Origin: Schizochytrium sp. TIO01
Taxonomy: Eukaryota > Protista > Bigyra: Labyrinthulomycetes
DNA length: 64,000 nucleotides
Assembly: GCA_004764695.1 (NCBI GenBank)
Contig: SMSO01000034.1
Span: 930,001-994,000 of the forward strand
Direction: 5' to 3'
Of the stretch, positions 9,686 through 20,800 are shown one piece after another. Within the stretch, counting starts at the first letter, position 1; every line of letters starts with the position of its first letter. The translations under genes and the position numbers were made by a program. The notes below the pieces were generated by a model. That model worked only from the letters and a program-made list of their open reading frames with translations, did no database searches and was not told the DNA's origin.

Positions 9686-12600
9686 TTAGTCAAGTTCAAT
9701 AACATCGTCATCCAGGTCAACAGTAGCTGGGACTTGAAATATGCTCTCTCCTTTAAGCGACGTGGAATGCGAGGCTTCGTGGGTTTTCGGAGCACTTGTA
9801 TCATTACTCTTTTTTGATGACACAGCCTTAAAAAAGAATCTTTTAGGGTCTGCTGACTTGGAAGCCTTGACCTTTTTCTTGAGCACCGTGGTTTTTAATG
9901 TATCATCATCATCACCTACGCTAGAAACATTCGCAGAGCGTTTAGGGGCAGGTAGGGAGGTAGCTGCCGACATTTTAGAAAAGAATCCCTTGATAGTCAT
10001 GGGTTTTGAGAGAAGAGCCTTCTTGCAAGCCGGGTCAATCGGTGTTGGTTTCTCAAAGCGCACTTTCAAGGACCCTTGCTTTTTGTCATCAGCGTCTTGG
10101 GTGTCAGGGTCCCGCACAACAATATCTAGCGAGCGATCGTGTTGATTAAATTTTTGCTTAATCAAGGCAAACACATGTTCACGAGTTGCGCCAGGTCCTA
10201 ATCGTATATCTCCGACTTGAGTGAGAATTTGACCATTCTTAATGCCGGCGGCTTCAGCACGGGTAGAAGTCGCTTTTAATCCGAGGTCATTTTGAATAGC
10301 AAATCCAAAATTTTTTGCTCCCACAGGTACAAACATACGGACTGGATGATATTGAGAGGACTTTAACTCGAGCATCTTTCGCAAAGCCGAAAGACCACCA
10401 GCATGCCACTTTATACCGATGAGGCGTTCTCCAGTGTCGAGCTGGGCACGCACGATACGAAGACGTTGGTCATAGCGGGGGATGTCAAGGTCTGGGTCTT
10501 CAAGCACCTCCTGAAGCTGGTTCCATAGTGGTACTACAGCCCCGGACAAAATACCAACATTACTGATCCGAGAGCCATAAGAACATGACTTGCCTTCTGA
10601 ACACTCAGGACCATGCGCACAGCCTGTAGCAGACTGCTCGAAGAGTTCCGTCCATTTTGCTTCCGCTGTAGCAATTTTAACTTTACTATACATGCGTTTC
10701 AGTTCGCGCTTAGTCTTTTCCAAGTTTGCACGACCTGTATTTGGACGAAAGATAGTGTATCTTTCTGAGCGCGGATCAAGCTTAACAGCAAGGATATAGT
10801 GAAGTTCGTGAGTTGGCCCAATCGCCTTTCGAGAGACATAGAAACCTCCTGCAGAAAGATTCCGTGCCTCCTTAACTAAGGTCGAGGCATTCTCATGCTT
10901 CTTCGATATGCTTTCATCTTCCTCTTGCTCAGCTGCATCATCGGGCGTAGACTGGCCATCATTTTCTTCTTCCATCTGTGTACTCTTCACACTTGTATGT
11001 GGTTTTGTTGCCGACGTGCACGTGGGCATGGCCCCAACTGGTCCTGTTAATTGACAGTCTTTCAGCTCAACCACTGGTGCGGCCTTCTCTTCTGGCTTGC
11101 TTAGCACCTCTGACACAGCCGCGCGCTCATCCTGGGATGCTGTAGAAGTCCCATCGTTTGCAGGTGTCTGAGAGTCTTCATTGGTCTCTGTGTTCATTGT
11201 TGCATCTTCTTCACCATCTTCGTGAGCTGTGCCATTTACCTCTTTTGCCCTTGCTTTAGCCTTGGCAATATCGATTGCACGCTGGAGCCAATCCAACGAC
11301 TTTTCAAAAGAGATTCCACGGTCTAAGCGAAGAACATGCAAATTGAGGTCTCCGCCTGTGGAAGGATCTGTATATAGAGTTTCTACAGGGCCGTCTGCTG
11401 ATACCGAGTTCGCGTGCACATCGCTGACGCCTTCGTCATACGACCCGTCAAGTTTTGATTGTTCCACGATACTATCAAGCGTAGCAGAAAAATATTCAAA
11501 CAGAAGAGCTTGTAAGTGTACAGGAAGGCCAAGCATCTTATTGAGAAACTTTTTGACTGACTTGCGGTCTGTGTCACTCATATTAAGTTGCACGCCAGCT
11601 GTAGAGGGGATGGCAGCAGCAATAGCAACACCCTCATAAATAAGGCGGAGGCTTTGTGCAACACATTGCAAAAACTCTACATTAGTCTGGGGCATGTGCA
11701 ATGCTCGCCAGTACTGGTGTGGGTCAGACAGTTGTACATAAGGTGCAACAGAAGTCAGTTGCTCGTCTTCTTCTTTCCACCCGGCAAGTCTCCACATAGG
11801 CTTAGCACGTTCAAGAACTTTAGGCCAGGAGACGCCGGGCACAATATTCTGCATGAGAGTATTGTTGCACATCTCCTGAAAAGCGAGTTTACCATGTGTA
11901 GAGTCAAAAACAAAATCATCCAGGGCAATTCCAGCAGAGGATGCACGTCTATCGCCATGTGTGAGAGCACCTAGACTGCGCAAGCGCGAGGCAACAGCAG
12001 AGACAAAGCGATTCTCGCCGCCGATACCACTTGTCACCAGCTTGAAGAGGGGTGCATTAACTTGGGAAGAGCGATGGGAGCGTCCCAATTGCTGAACTGC
12101 TGTATCAGCTGCCCAAGCAAGTTCACATGTAATGTGGATTCGACGACGTTGATTCTCAACGCGTCGGTCGGCATGTAAAGAAATACCAGTACTGGCTGCA
12201 TCGCTAATAATAGCAATTAGTTTGGATCCTTTCATAAAGGCATCTTTCTCGCTAATATTGATGGAGTCCAGCTCTGCGCCAGTTGCAGCGGCGGCGGCGG
12301 CCGCCGACACAACTTTCCCCGCCTTTGCCGCGAGGACTAGGCGAGGGATGACCTTGCATGAGCTGGCAACATCCTTTAAAGAGTTCTGCGGAGAACCATG
12401 CTTAGGTTGAGATGCAACGACACAACTTCGACGGCCAGTCATTTCAGCAACTGCAGATGCACCACCAAGCTGATAGACAAGATCGTCGATTGCAGATGTA
12501 GGAAGAGGAAGCTTCATGGCACGTTCTAGTATCTTGTTGTAGAGTGCGGAAAGTCTGGATTGGTTCTCTTCTGAATTAGGTTTTCCTCCGCGCGGGTTGT

Positions 12601-13933
12601 CGGACACAGCAGTCGAGGGAAAGTGATTTTGCAAAAATTGAATAACGAGAAGGTTGCTTGTAAAGCAGACTGGAACTTGATCACGATCTTTGGAGTCTTG
12701 CGTCGTCCAAAAGTCAATCGAGGCTTCGCCTGTAGACTGCAAGCCAATCACAACGCAATGCCCCTGGGCAAGGGCCTGTCTGGAGAGTTTAACAATGTCC
12801 GGGATCTTGAATGCAATACAGAGTTGCTTGAAGAAGCGCTGGTGAGCGGACCAAAAAGGACCCCAGACTTTGGAATTTGAGTTTGAAAGCTGAATGGCTT
12901 GCACAAGCGCAAGGCGAAGATCGTTCCAATATTCCGTGGCTGCTTGATATACGGAGAGTTGCTCTGGAGTAAGCCCAGCTTTCACAAGATTGAAAGTGGT
13001 ATCTTTAAAGGAAAGCCCTCGGCTGACATGCAGACCAGTAGATTTAAGCTCGATGGCGAGCATTTCCAGGGCACCCATATTGCGCTTACCCATAGAGTTA
13101 CGGAAGTCTTCAAAGGTTCCGAAAGCGGTCCCTTTGCCCCAGAGACCAAGGCGATCCATATAGGCCATGTTATTAATATCAGATACGCCTGTAGCCGAGA
13201 CATATACACAACGCGCATTTGGGAACTTCTGCTGAAGACGCACAACTGCCTTTGCCACTTTGGATCCTTTACCTTCCTTTTCATCAAAGTGTTTTGCTTT
13301 ATGACATTCATCAAAGATAAGGCATCCATCAAAGTCATTTGAGTCTCCAAGCCAGTTACAAATTTGGCTGAAACGATCTTTTGAATTTGTGGACGCGACC
13401 AAAGAAGCATAAGTCGTGAAAAGCACACCCTTTTGAGAGTCCTTACTCACGCCCAGGCCTTTTTGAGAGCGATCTAGCATACGAACTCCATCATGTACAG
13501 CAACATTTGCATCAAGATCTTGAAGGTCTCTCATGGCATCCTTGATGAGATCTGCGCTGGTCGAGCACCACAGGTGTCTGCGTCTTCCCCGGCAAATATT
13601 ATCCAGCACGATTCCAGCAATCTGCCTACCTTTGCCCGTCCCTGTTGCGTCGCCGATGAAGAAGCCAAAGCGACTTCCATTCGGCATAACTTGCTGGTGC
13701 TTTTGGCATGCATATGCCACGCCTTCCAGTTGAAGCTGACTGATCATGCCCTTTTCGACCTGGTGTTTTAAGGAGTCCAAAATAGGGTAGTTAAGCGGAG
13801 GCAGCAACACCGCCGCAAGGCTTGCGGGCTCCACAATCTCCCCCGGATGTGGGCATCCTTCGCTCAGGCTCTTGCACACATACGTGTTCCATGCTGTTGA
13901 CCCTTGATCAGTATCCTCTCCCTTTGCCGCCAT
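9686..13933 (-). CDS. SBNO: Strawberry notch homologue (SF2 helicase-like) with an extra C-terminal PDZ-like domain
   Basis: 'SQLQLEGVAYACQKH', 'GFFIGDATGTGKGRQIAG', 'DECHKAK', 'VYVSATG', 'VAEMTGR', 'ISDAASTGISLHAD' and 'QQLGRSHRSSQ', plus the C-terminal C-x-H...C...C-x-x-G motif typical of SBNO. Confidence 0.95.
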   Translation of the reverse strand: MAAKGEDTDQGSTAWNTYVCKSLSEGCPHPGEIVEPASLAAVLLPPLNYPILDSLKHQVEKGMISQLQLEGVAYACQKHQQVMPNGSRFGFFIGDATGTGKGRQIAGIVLDNICRGRRRHLWCSTSADLIKDAMRDLQDLDANVAVHDGVRMLDRSQKGLGVSKDSQKGVLFTTYASLVASTNSKDRFSQICNWLGDSNDFDGCLIFDECHKAKHFDEKEGKGSKVAKAVVRLQQKFPNARCVYVSATGVSDINNMAYMDRLGLWGKGTAFGTFEDFRNSMGKRNMGALEMLAIELKSTGLHVSRGLSFKDTTFNLVKAGLTPEQLSVYQAATEYWNDLRLALVQAIQLSNSNSKVWGPFWSAHQRFFKQLCIAFKIPDIVKLSRQALAQGHCVVIGLQSTGEASIDFWTTQDSKDRDQVPVCFTSNLLVIQFLQNHFPSTAVSDNPRGGKPNSEENQSRLSALYNKILERAMKLPLPTSAIDDLVYQLGGASAVAEMTGRRSCVVASQPKHGSPQNSLKDVASSCKVIPRLVLAAKAGKVVSAAAAAAATGAELDSINISEKDAFMKGSKLIAIISDAASTGISLHADRRVENQRRRIHITCELAWAADTAVQQLGRSHRSSQVNAPLFKLVTSGIGGENRFVSAVASRLRSLGALTHGDRRASSAGIALDDFVFDSTHGKLAFQEMCNNTLMQNIVPGVSWPKVLERAKPMWRLAGWKEEDEQLTSVAPYVQLSDPHQYWRALHMPQTNVEFLQCVAQSLRLIYEGVAIAAAIPSTAGVQLNMSDTDRKSVKKFLNKMLGLPVHLQALLFEYFSATLDSIVEQSKLDGSYDEGVSDVHANSVSADGPVETLYTDPSTGGDLNLHVLRLDRGISFEKSLDWLQRAIDIAKAKARAKEVNGTAHEDGEEDATMNTETNEDSQTPANDGTSTASQDERAAVSEVLSKPEEKAAPVVELKDCQLTGPVGAMPTCTSATKPHTSVKSTQMEEENDGQSTPDDAAEQEEDESISKKHENASTLVKEARNLSAGGFYVSRKAIGPTHELHYILAVKLDPRSERYTIFRPNTGRANLEKTKRELKRMYSKVKIATAEAKWTELFEQSATGCAHGPECSEGKSCSYGSRISNVGILSGAVVPLWNQLQEVLEDPDLDIPRYDQRLRIVRAQLDTGERLIGIKWHAGGLSALRKMLELKSSQYHPVRMFVPVGAKNFGFAIQNDLGLKATSTRAEAAGIKNGQILTQVGDIRLGPGATREHVFALIKQKFNQHDRSLDIVVRDPDTQDADDKKQGSLKVRFEKPTPIDPACKKALLSKPMTIKGFFSKMSAATSLPAPKRSANVSSVGDDDDTLKTTVLKKKVKASKSADPKRFFFKAVSSKKSNDTSAPKTHEASHSTSLKGESIFQVPATVDLDDDVIELD

Positions 13934-14084
13934 CTCGGTCGCGTGGGGCTGGGGTAGTCTTCCGCAGCTCTCAAGGCGCCCGAAAACGATCTACAGAACC
14001 GAAACTTTGCAAATCGCCACTCTCTTGGGCTCAACACTGCAACCTAACGACGACACTCTGACACTACGGAGAACAGGTGACCCA

Positions 14085-14160
14085 CAAGTGGGTTATAAAG
14101 GCAGGTAAGTAGGTTATACGAGTTTACAAGTAGGTTATACGAGTTTACAAGTAGGTTATA
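14085..14160. repeat. 21-bp tandem repeat (~3.6 units, core YAAGTRGGTTATA) in the divergent SBNO/SNRNP40 promoter
   Basis: Cores start at 14085, 14106, 14127 and 14148. Two units share AAGTAGGTTATACGAGTTTA. Confidence 0.9.
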
Positions 14161-14649
14161 ACTTGCGAAGTGCAAGTCGCCTTCCGCAGAGCCTCTTTGC
14201 CAAAACCCTGTTTCCTTGGGCTTCGTCAATTGAACTAAACTGCTGGAGATTCATATGGTAGTGCTGAAGTAGTACGAAGACGCTGGGTATAATTTCTGGG
14301 TTTTACTAGCTAGTCTTTGAGGGACGGCGCCAATCAGAATAGGGTTCTGCAGTTCACCCTTACTTATCAATTGCAAGAAGAAAGAAATCGATGATCGTCG
14401 ATCGCCGCAAGTGAGTTATAGCACTTCCCACAAGTGAACTATATTTCAAACACAAGTGAGTATTGAAATAAAAGCGTCTCTATAGTTCAATTACTGTTCC
14501 GCTTGGTGTTTGAAAAAAGTGAGTGGAAGCAGAGACATAAAAGGTATCAACAATAATATGGGGATAAGAAAGAAGAAAGGAAGAAAACAAAGAGAGGCAA
14601 AAAACAGCTTGAAAACCCAAATTTAAACACATCTGCCGCTTCGAGGACG

Positions 14650-15819
14650 ATGCCGAAGCGGACGCGGGGCTCGGAGCTGGTGGTGGCTTCAGGAGGAGGG
14701 GGAGGCTCTGATGCTGCTTCAACCGCCCTTGTTGCCTCCTCCGCCAAGCGTGCCGCGGTGTCTTCGGATGCACTCATAGAGGTCCCTCGCACATCGGACC
14801 TTTTCGCGCCCATCGTGCGGCTTGAAGGCCACAGCGGCGCCGTCAACGGCGTGAGGTTCTCTCCTGATGGCCAAAACCTTGTCTCTGTCTCGTCTGATAA
14901 GACCATCCAACTCTGGCGAGTTTTTGGCGATGCTCCTGACTCCTCTCATGTGGCATCTGGTTCATCTTCATCCTCTCGAGGTGGCGAGAATTACGGTACG
15001 CTCAAAGGACACACCAACTCTGTTCAGGAGGGCATCTGGACCGAAGATGGTTTAGGCCTTGTGACATGCTCTGCAGACAAGACTGTCCGTCTTTGGGACT
15101 GCGTTTCTGGCGAGGAGGTTTCCTTGCGTAAGGACCATCGTGCATTTGTAAACTGCTGTGCGATTTCTCCTCTTGGCTCGACCGTAGCTAGCGGCGGTGA
15201 CGACTGTCATTTGCGTCTCTGGGATCCTCGTGAAGGGCTCCAGTCCTTTGCTTGGTTGAAACACCCGTTCGAGGTGACTTGCTGCGTGTTTTCACCTACT
15301 TCAGCTTCGACGCTCATCCATACAGGGTCTGTGGACGGGATAGTTCGCACGTGGGATGTTCGCAAGCCCATTGTTCTTTTCTCTAGTGACAGTACCCCTG
15401 AGGGTCTGCGAATGCCAAACGTGGTCACAGGTCTCGCGTGTGGGCTTAAAGATGAACTGGTGTCGATCGCGTCAAGCGGTCTTGTGCAACATTGGGACGT
15501 GAGGCCGTTTGTTGGTCCAGGGGAAACTTCACGTCTCAAGCACTCCTTTTCCATGTCAAATGGAGCGCCGCTGCCTGCAAACAAGGGTCTGCTTCTTCTT
15601 CGCGCGGATGTTTCGAGCAAGCAGGACCGTGTTGCTACTGGTTCGAGTTCGCCCGTGCTCCCTATATGGGAGCTGGAGTCTGGAGACATGGAGTTTGCTC
15701 TTCCTGGTCACAAAGGGCCTGTGCTGGACGCTCGTTTCCACCCGACACAGCCGATTGTGGCATCTTGCTCTGTAGACAAGTGTATTTTTCTTGGCGAGCT
15801 CGACCAACGCGCTGTGTAG
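14650..15819 (+). CDS. SNRNP40: WD40-repeat protein, U5 snRNP 40-kDa subunit
   Basis: 'RTSDLFAPIVRLEGHSG' N-terminus, 'VFGD..ENYGTLKGH', 'WDVRPF' and C-terminal 'LPGHKG..FHPTQPIVASCSVDKCIFLGEL'. Confidence 0.9.
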   Translation: MPKRTRGSELVVASGGGGGSDAASTALVASSAKRAAVSSDALIEVPRTSDLFAPIVRLEGHSGAVNGVRFSPDGQNLVSVSSDKTIQLWRVFGDAPDSSHVASGSSSSSRGGENYGTLKGHTNSVQEGIWTEDGLGLVTCSADKTVRLWDCVSGEEVSLRKDHRAFVNCCAISPLGSTVASGGDDCHLRLWDPREGLQSFAWLKHPFEVTCCVFSPTSASTLIHTGSVDGIVRTWDVRKPIVLFSSDSTPEGLRMPNVVTGLACGLKDELVSIASSGLVQHWDVRPFVGPGETSRLKHSFSMSNGAPLPANKGLLLLRADVSSKQDRVATGSSSPVLPIWELESGDMEFALPGHKGPVLDARFHPTQPIVASCSVDKCIFLGELDQRAV

Positions 15820-16989
15820 AGCACGTGGGGGTGAGTGACCCCTGAATATTTTTTTCTTTCCCATTGTAATGTGCAAACAAACGACAAACAACAAACGAAG
15901 GCAAAAGGAGGCTATACTGTTGCTGAAATTCATTTAAAAAAACACACATGAATGAAGTGTGCCACTCGCATATGGTCGTACATGTGACGGGTTAAGGTAA
16001 CCTATGGAAGTTTTGGTACTTACTTTGTGCTTCACATTTGGCTTGTCAGGTATTCAATAAATGCTCTGATAAGATTTTTTATATTTTTTCTTAAATACAA
16101 AGATTAAAGCCGCCTTCTATTCTTTAAAACGTAGTTCAATCAGATTTGTGCTTCAGCAAATGAGGTCACCTACTTGAGAGAGGCTCTACAGCAAGCCCTT
16201 GACTTTTTAAAATCTGGTAACTAGAGAGCAAAGTGAAGATGTCAATTTCAACTGCACGTAAGACGCTTGGAAAGATAGCGCAAGTACGAAGTGGAGATAT
16301 ATTGCGTGAGTGCACCTTAGGAGAGAACACTGTGTCCTGTACCTATCTACGTACAAAAAGCAAGAAGCTCTTTGGAATGAAGCGAAAAAGGAAAATATGA
16401 ACATGACGTAGAGTAAAAAAAATAGATAAGTTGATAAAGAGCGCTAAAGTTAAAAGTAAGATATGATACGATTTGAACTTCACATAAATCAATCACGATC
16501 AATGTGAAAATAATTGAATTGAGAAGCATGGGTGGGTATACCCAGAGCACCTCATCGTAGTAGTAGTAGCAGTATAGAAATGGACAAAACAAACGAAACG
16601 AAACAGGGGGAGAAGCAATAAAGACATTGTCACAGCAAATGATTGCGGAGCGAATTTCTGCGAGTTGTCGAAAACCTTTGTATCTTTTCAAATGAAGATA
16701 ATCCACCAGAAGGTCCCTTCCTTTTCTTTTACAGCCATTGCACAAAATATATAAAAAGAGAGAAGAAGTGCAAGGCCATACAAAGAAATGGGCTGATACA
16801 GGCATGCATGTGTTGATCAAACCTTGAGTTAACACATGAAAGAAAAAGAGAGAGCTCGGAAAAACTAAGTGAGACTCCTCATATCAGCGATACTTCGTTG
16901 TGAGCAAACAAAGAGAGTCTAGGAACCAGGGTCGATTACTACCATATGTGTACAGTGCACAAATAGGGCTTGTGAGCAAAAGAGAGGGT

Positions 16990-17892
16990 TTACGGGAGGC
17001 AGAGGCGCATGGTCAACTTGTTCACCAGAGAAAGAGCTTCAGGCTTGAGGCGTTGACCATGGACAGTCTTGGCATCCTCAACGGTCTTTTCGAAAAGCCA
17101 ATTGACACGCTCCTGAACCATGTCGACGACAGGCTTGAGGTCTGGGTGTTCGTCAAGTAAACGGGAAAGACGCTCGCTGTCGGACTCCTCTGCACTCGAA
17201 GAAGTGCAAGAGGAACCGGCACGCTGACGCTGACCACCGCACTGGGAGCCATCGTCAGTGCCATCAGAGTGTTTGCGAGAGAGTGTAGAACGAACATCAT
17301 CGTCACTGTGAATGTCGCGGCCCTCATGGCCAAGCTGCTGCTCGAGACGTGCAATTTTGTCCTTGAGCTGCTGGTTCACCATTTGCAGATCCTGCATCTC
17401 CCGCTTGCGCTTGGCACGAGACTTCCTGGATGCAGCGGCGATCTGCTCACGGCGACGCTTGAGCTTCTGTTCGTCAGTGGGAGCCCATCCGGAGGCATCC
17501 GGGGATGCGGACCTTGACGGGGAGGAGTTCTTGGACGAGTTGCCTGCAACGGCGGCAGCTTCGCGTTTCAATCGCAGTTCTTGCTGCTGCTGTTGCTGCT
17601 GCTCGACAGCGCGAATGAGAGGCTCTGTTGCAGCAGGCACGCACGATATCGTCGAGTTCATTCCAGAATTCGACTGTGTGGTGGGGATGGGTGCCTGTTT
17701 GCTAGCTGCTGAGGACAGCTGCGCGATAAGCAGCTGGTGCAAGAAGTTCTCCTCCATTTTGGGTCGCTGCGGCTGCTGCTGGGTTTGCTGAGCCGTCTGC
17801 TGCTGAGTGGACTTGAGCAGGGACTCCAAAGCGCTGGCGCCGTTGGAGGTCTTGCCGTCTACTTTGTTCTGTTGCATGAAGAGCATTGCCAT
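16990..17892 (-). CDS. bZIP transcription factor with Q-rich N-terminus and atypical basic region (Asn replaced by Ile)
   Basis: Basic region KLKRRREQIAAASRKSRAKRK followed by heptad leucines (DLQMVNQQLKDKIARLEQQL), and poly-Q tracts. Confidence 0.9.
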   Translation of the reverse strand: MAMLFMQQNKVDGKTSNGASALESLLKSTQQQTAQQTQQQPQRPKMEENFLHQLLIAQLSSAASKQAPIPTTQSNSGMNSTISCVPAATEPLIRAVEQQQQQQQELRLKREAAAVAGNSSKNSSPSRSASPDASGWAPTDEQKLKRRREQIAAASRKSRAKRKREMQDLQMVNQQLKDKIARLEQQLGHEGRDIHSDDDVRSTLSRKHSDGTDDGSQCGGQRQRAGSSCTSSSAEESDSERLSRLLDEHPDLKPVVDMVQERVNWLFEKTVEDAKTVHGQRLKPEALSLVNKLTMRLCLP

Positions 17893-20800
17893 CGTCTTGG
17901 CACTCTTGGTGTGTGGTTTGGTGTGATTTGATTTATTTCGGGTTTGCTTCTGCCTTTGTTTCTCTCCGCCTCTTTTTTTCTTTTCTTGGTTCTGTTCAAC
18001 ACTGCTACTATTTTTTATTTTAGTCTACCAGCGCAAAAGAAGAAATGAATTTCGAGTCGGTGTTTTCCTCCTTCTCCTCGGTTTCACTTTCACTTTTTTT
18101 TTATAAAAAATATTTTAATTAAAAAAAACTTGAAGAAACCATTTTAACTTTAAATTGAATTCCAAAAGTTATGCAGCAACAATTCATTTTTGTTTCAATG
18201 ATTTAAAAGGAACACTCTCCCCTCCGTTCGTATGTATTTTCAATGATGGACATCTAGGGAGAGCCATTCGCGATGCATCGATAGTATAGATGAAAATGAA
18301 TGAAAGCGATTACATCACGTTTCTCCCTTTTCAAAAGTCACTCTCGGAGAAACTAGCCACTGTGGCTCCTCTTTTCTTTAAAACAAAAACAAAAAACTTC
18401 AAGTATTCTTACCCTGTAAACATTTTAAAAGAAAGAAAGAATTATTTTAGTTTTTAGTTTTTAATTCGAATAAATGCGAGTATTTACTGATAAAGCTTTT
18501 CAACTTCATCATCATTCATTGGTTGTGACTATGCATCGTCACAGCCTCGCATTCACTTTCCGGTTACCCGTCGATGCGCTGCGGCTCAAACAGATCAAAG
18601 GATGGCGAACACAGACTTTGTTTGCGATTCTGTTGGACGAGTCATCGTCAGAAAGAACCAAACCGGTCTCTCCTGTATTTGAATTTCAACCCACCTTTTT
18701 TGTCTCATCAACTTTTCCATCATCATTTCCATCGGCGAAGAAACTTCAACTTTTCGAAAGAGAGTTCCCTCTTTATCTATTTTTAAAACTATTAATTCGA
18801 ACAATTTTAAAATAAAGAATACTTTCTCGCCGCTCTTCTTCTCGCATTCTGCAATCGATAGAAACGGAGAGAAACAATACATAAAATGAGTTCCTTTATT
18901 TTCTTTATTTTAGAAAATAACCATAGAAAACGATAAAACCTTATTAACGAAGAAGGCGGCGACAGACGATTGGAAAGCCTTCTCGTAAGTAGCTCTCTCT
19001 CCCTCCTTCGAAAGCTATGAACAGAAAGAAAACAAAGGTTCGTTCATTAAGCCTCAAGTGAGCGAGTGGACGAGGATGTTTTTTCTTCAAATAGCTCATA
19101 TTAATGACTCAACGAAATTCAAATCTCTTTCTTTCTACTTAGCCTTGGTTCCTTGCTATGCACGCGGACCAACGATACAGTGCACTCTCAGTCACTCGGC
19201 TGCGTGCTTCAAAGTGAGGCAGACCTACCTAAAGATAGGCGACTACTACATGGTGGCTTTTCTTTCACAGTCTACGCATGCATGCAAAGGCACGGTGCTA
19301 AAACTGGCACAGCATATTAACTTCTTAATTAAAATAAAACGAAATGAAATACTTTTTCTTTTTCTTTTTTAAATTAACTTTCTTGGCCAAAGAGACTCAT
19401 ATAATCTGTCCCATGCATCGCGCGGACTTGTCTTCGACACTACAGATAGTGGAAAATAAGATAAAAATATGATATCATTTGACAATTTAATTTAATTTTT
19501 AAAGTTTTGAAGGTTAAAAAAAAAAGAGACAAAAAAAGGGGGAGATAGTTTTATGTTTTATGTTTTGCTTTTCGAAGAAACTAATTTGTGGAAATGGAAA
19601 TGTGATTACACCTGCACTTGTTTGTTTCCTTGGTAGCTTATCATCATGGCTTCCTTTCTAAAGAAAGTAGCGCAGAATGCAGTTTTGCTGCGATTGTAGT
19701 ATAGAGTAGATTGATGCTCCTTTCGCTAGCTCGTTTCGCAGCAGCGACATCGGTCCTTCAGGGAGTCCAAATAGAAGACACATTGCTGGCTTATGCCTCA
19801 TAAAACAATTAAAAAGAGAAATACAAGGATTTGATTGAGTGCTTCAGTCATTCTGCCACAAGTAATAACTGCTCAGGTCCATCACGCTCATTACTGACCG
19901 CTTTTCTGCTATTGTTCACTTCTTCGCGCCAACATCATTCTCACAAAATACGACCTATAGCAACAGTCAACACAGAACTTGAAGAACCATCTCAAGAAGC
20001 GACCTCAGTCATCACAGTATGAAGCAGGTGTTATTGATTGAAAGCAGCCGGGAGTTCCTTTCTGTCTTCGCCGTGGCCTGTGCCGGGCGCAGAACTAGCT
20101 AGGTACCTTGGATTCTCACTTGTTTCAATCTTCACTTGGTCCACGATGTTCTTTTATTTGGGCTACTTCGAAATGACTGTAGAGGGACTAACCTATGGAG
20201 TTTATTCCTCGTCCTCGGAGTATCTTCAGATTGCTCGCCCCCGGTCCAGCTCCCCAATCCTCCGTCCCTCGCAAAGAACAGGACAGCCAAAGCAAGCTTT
20301 AGCATCGTCAAAAGCCTGAAGATGGATTATTAGTTTCATTTACTGGCCTGCTCGAGCTGCTCCCTTTAACAAGCCAGCGAGCGAATGGGAGAAGGAAACT
20401 AACTCGCCACCGTCGCGCAATCCTCTGGGAGATCGCCAAGATTGCGAAGAGGTTGATGTCTTCCATTTCCAAGGCGAACTCATTAGAGCAGGAAGGAAAC
20501 TTGGTGTCAGAGATGAAGCAATCATGATAGCCCACGAGGGAGGTGAGTTCCCGCGATCGATTGACGATGCGAGCTTCGGAGGAACTTAGGCTGCACCCTC
20601 TTCTTCCTGCTTCCAGGCTCTCGCAGAAGTGCTGTTCCTCGTCTTTTCTGAGTCTCCTTCTCCTTCCTCAAGCAAGCAGCCTTTCTCTGAGAACGTGAAG
20701 CCCCCTCAATATCAGCGCTCTTCGGCTTAATTATCCAGTTTCAAGATCGCTCAACTGATACCTCAAGTTGGAGTCCAACTTGTGTGCTCATGGACGTGAA

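Noticed and set aside
14085-14160. Short repeats with spacers, superficially CRISPR-like
   Set aside because: The period is only 21 bp, spacers are partly identical, the context is eukaryotic and there are no cas genes.
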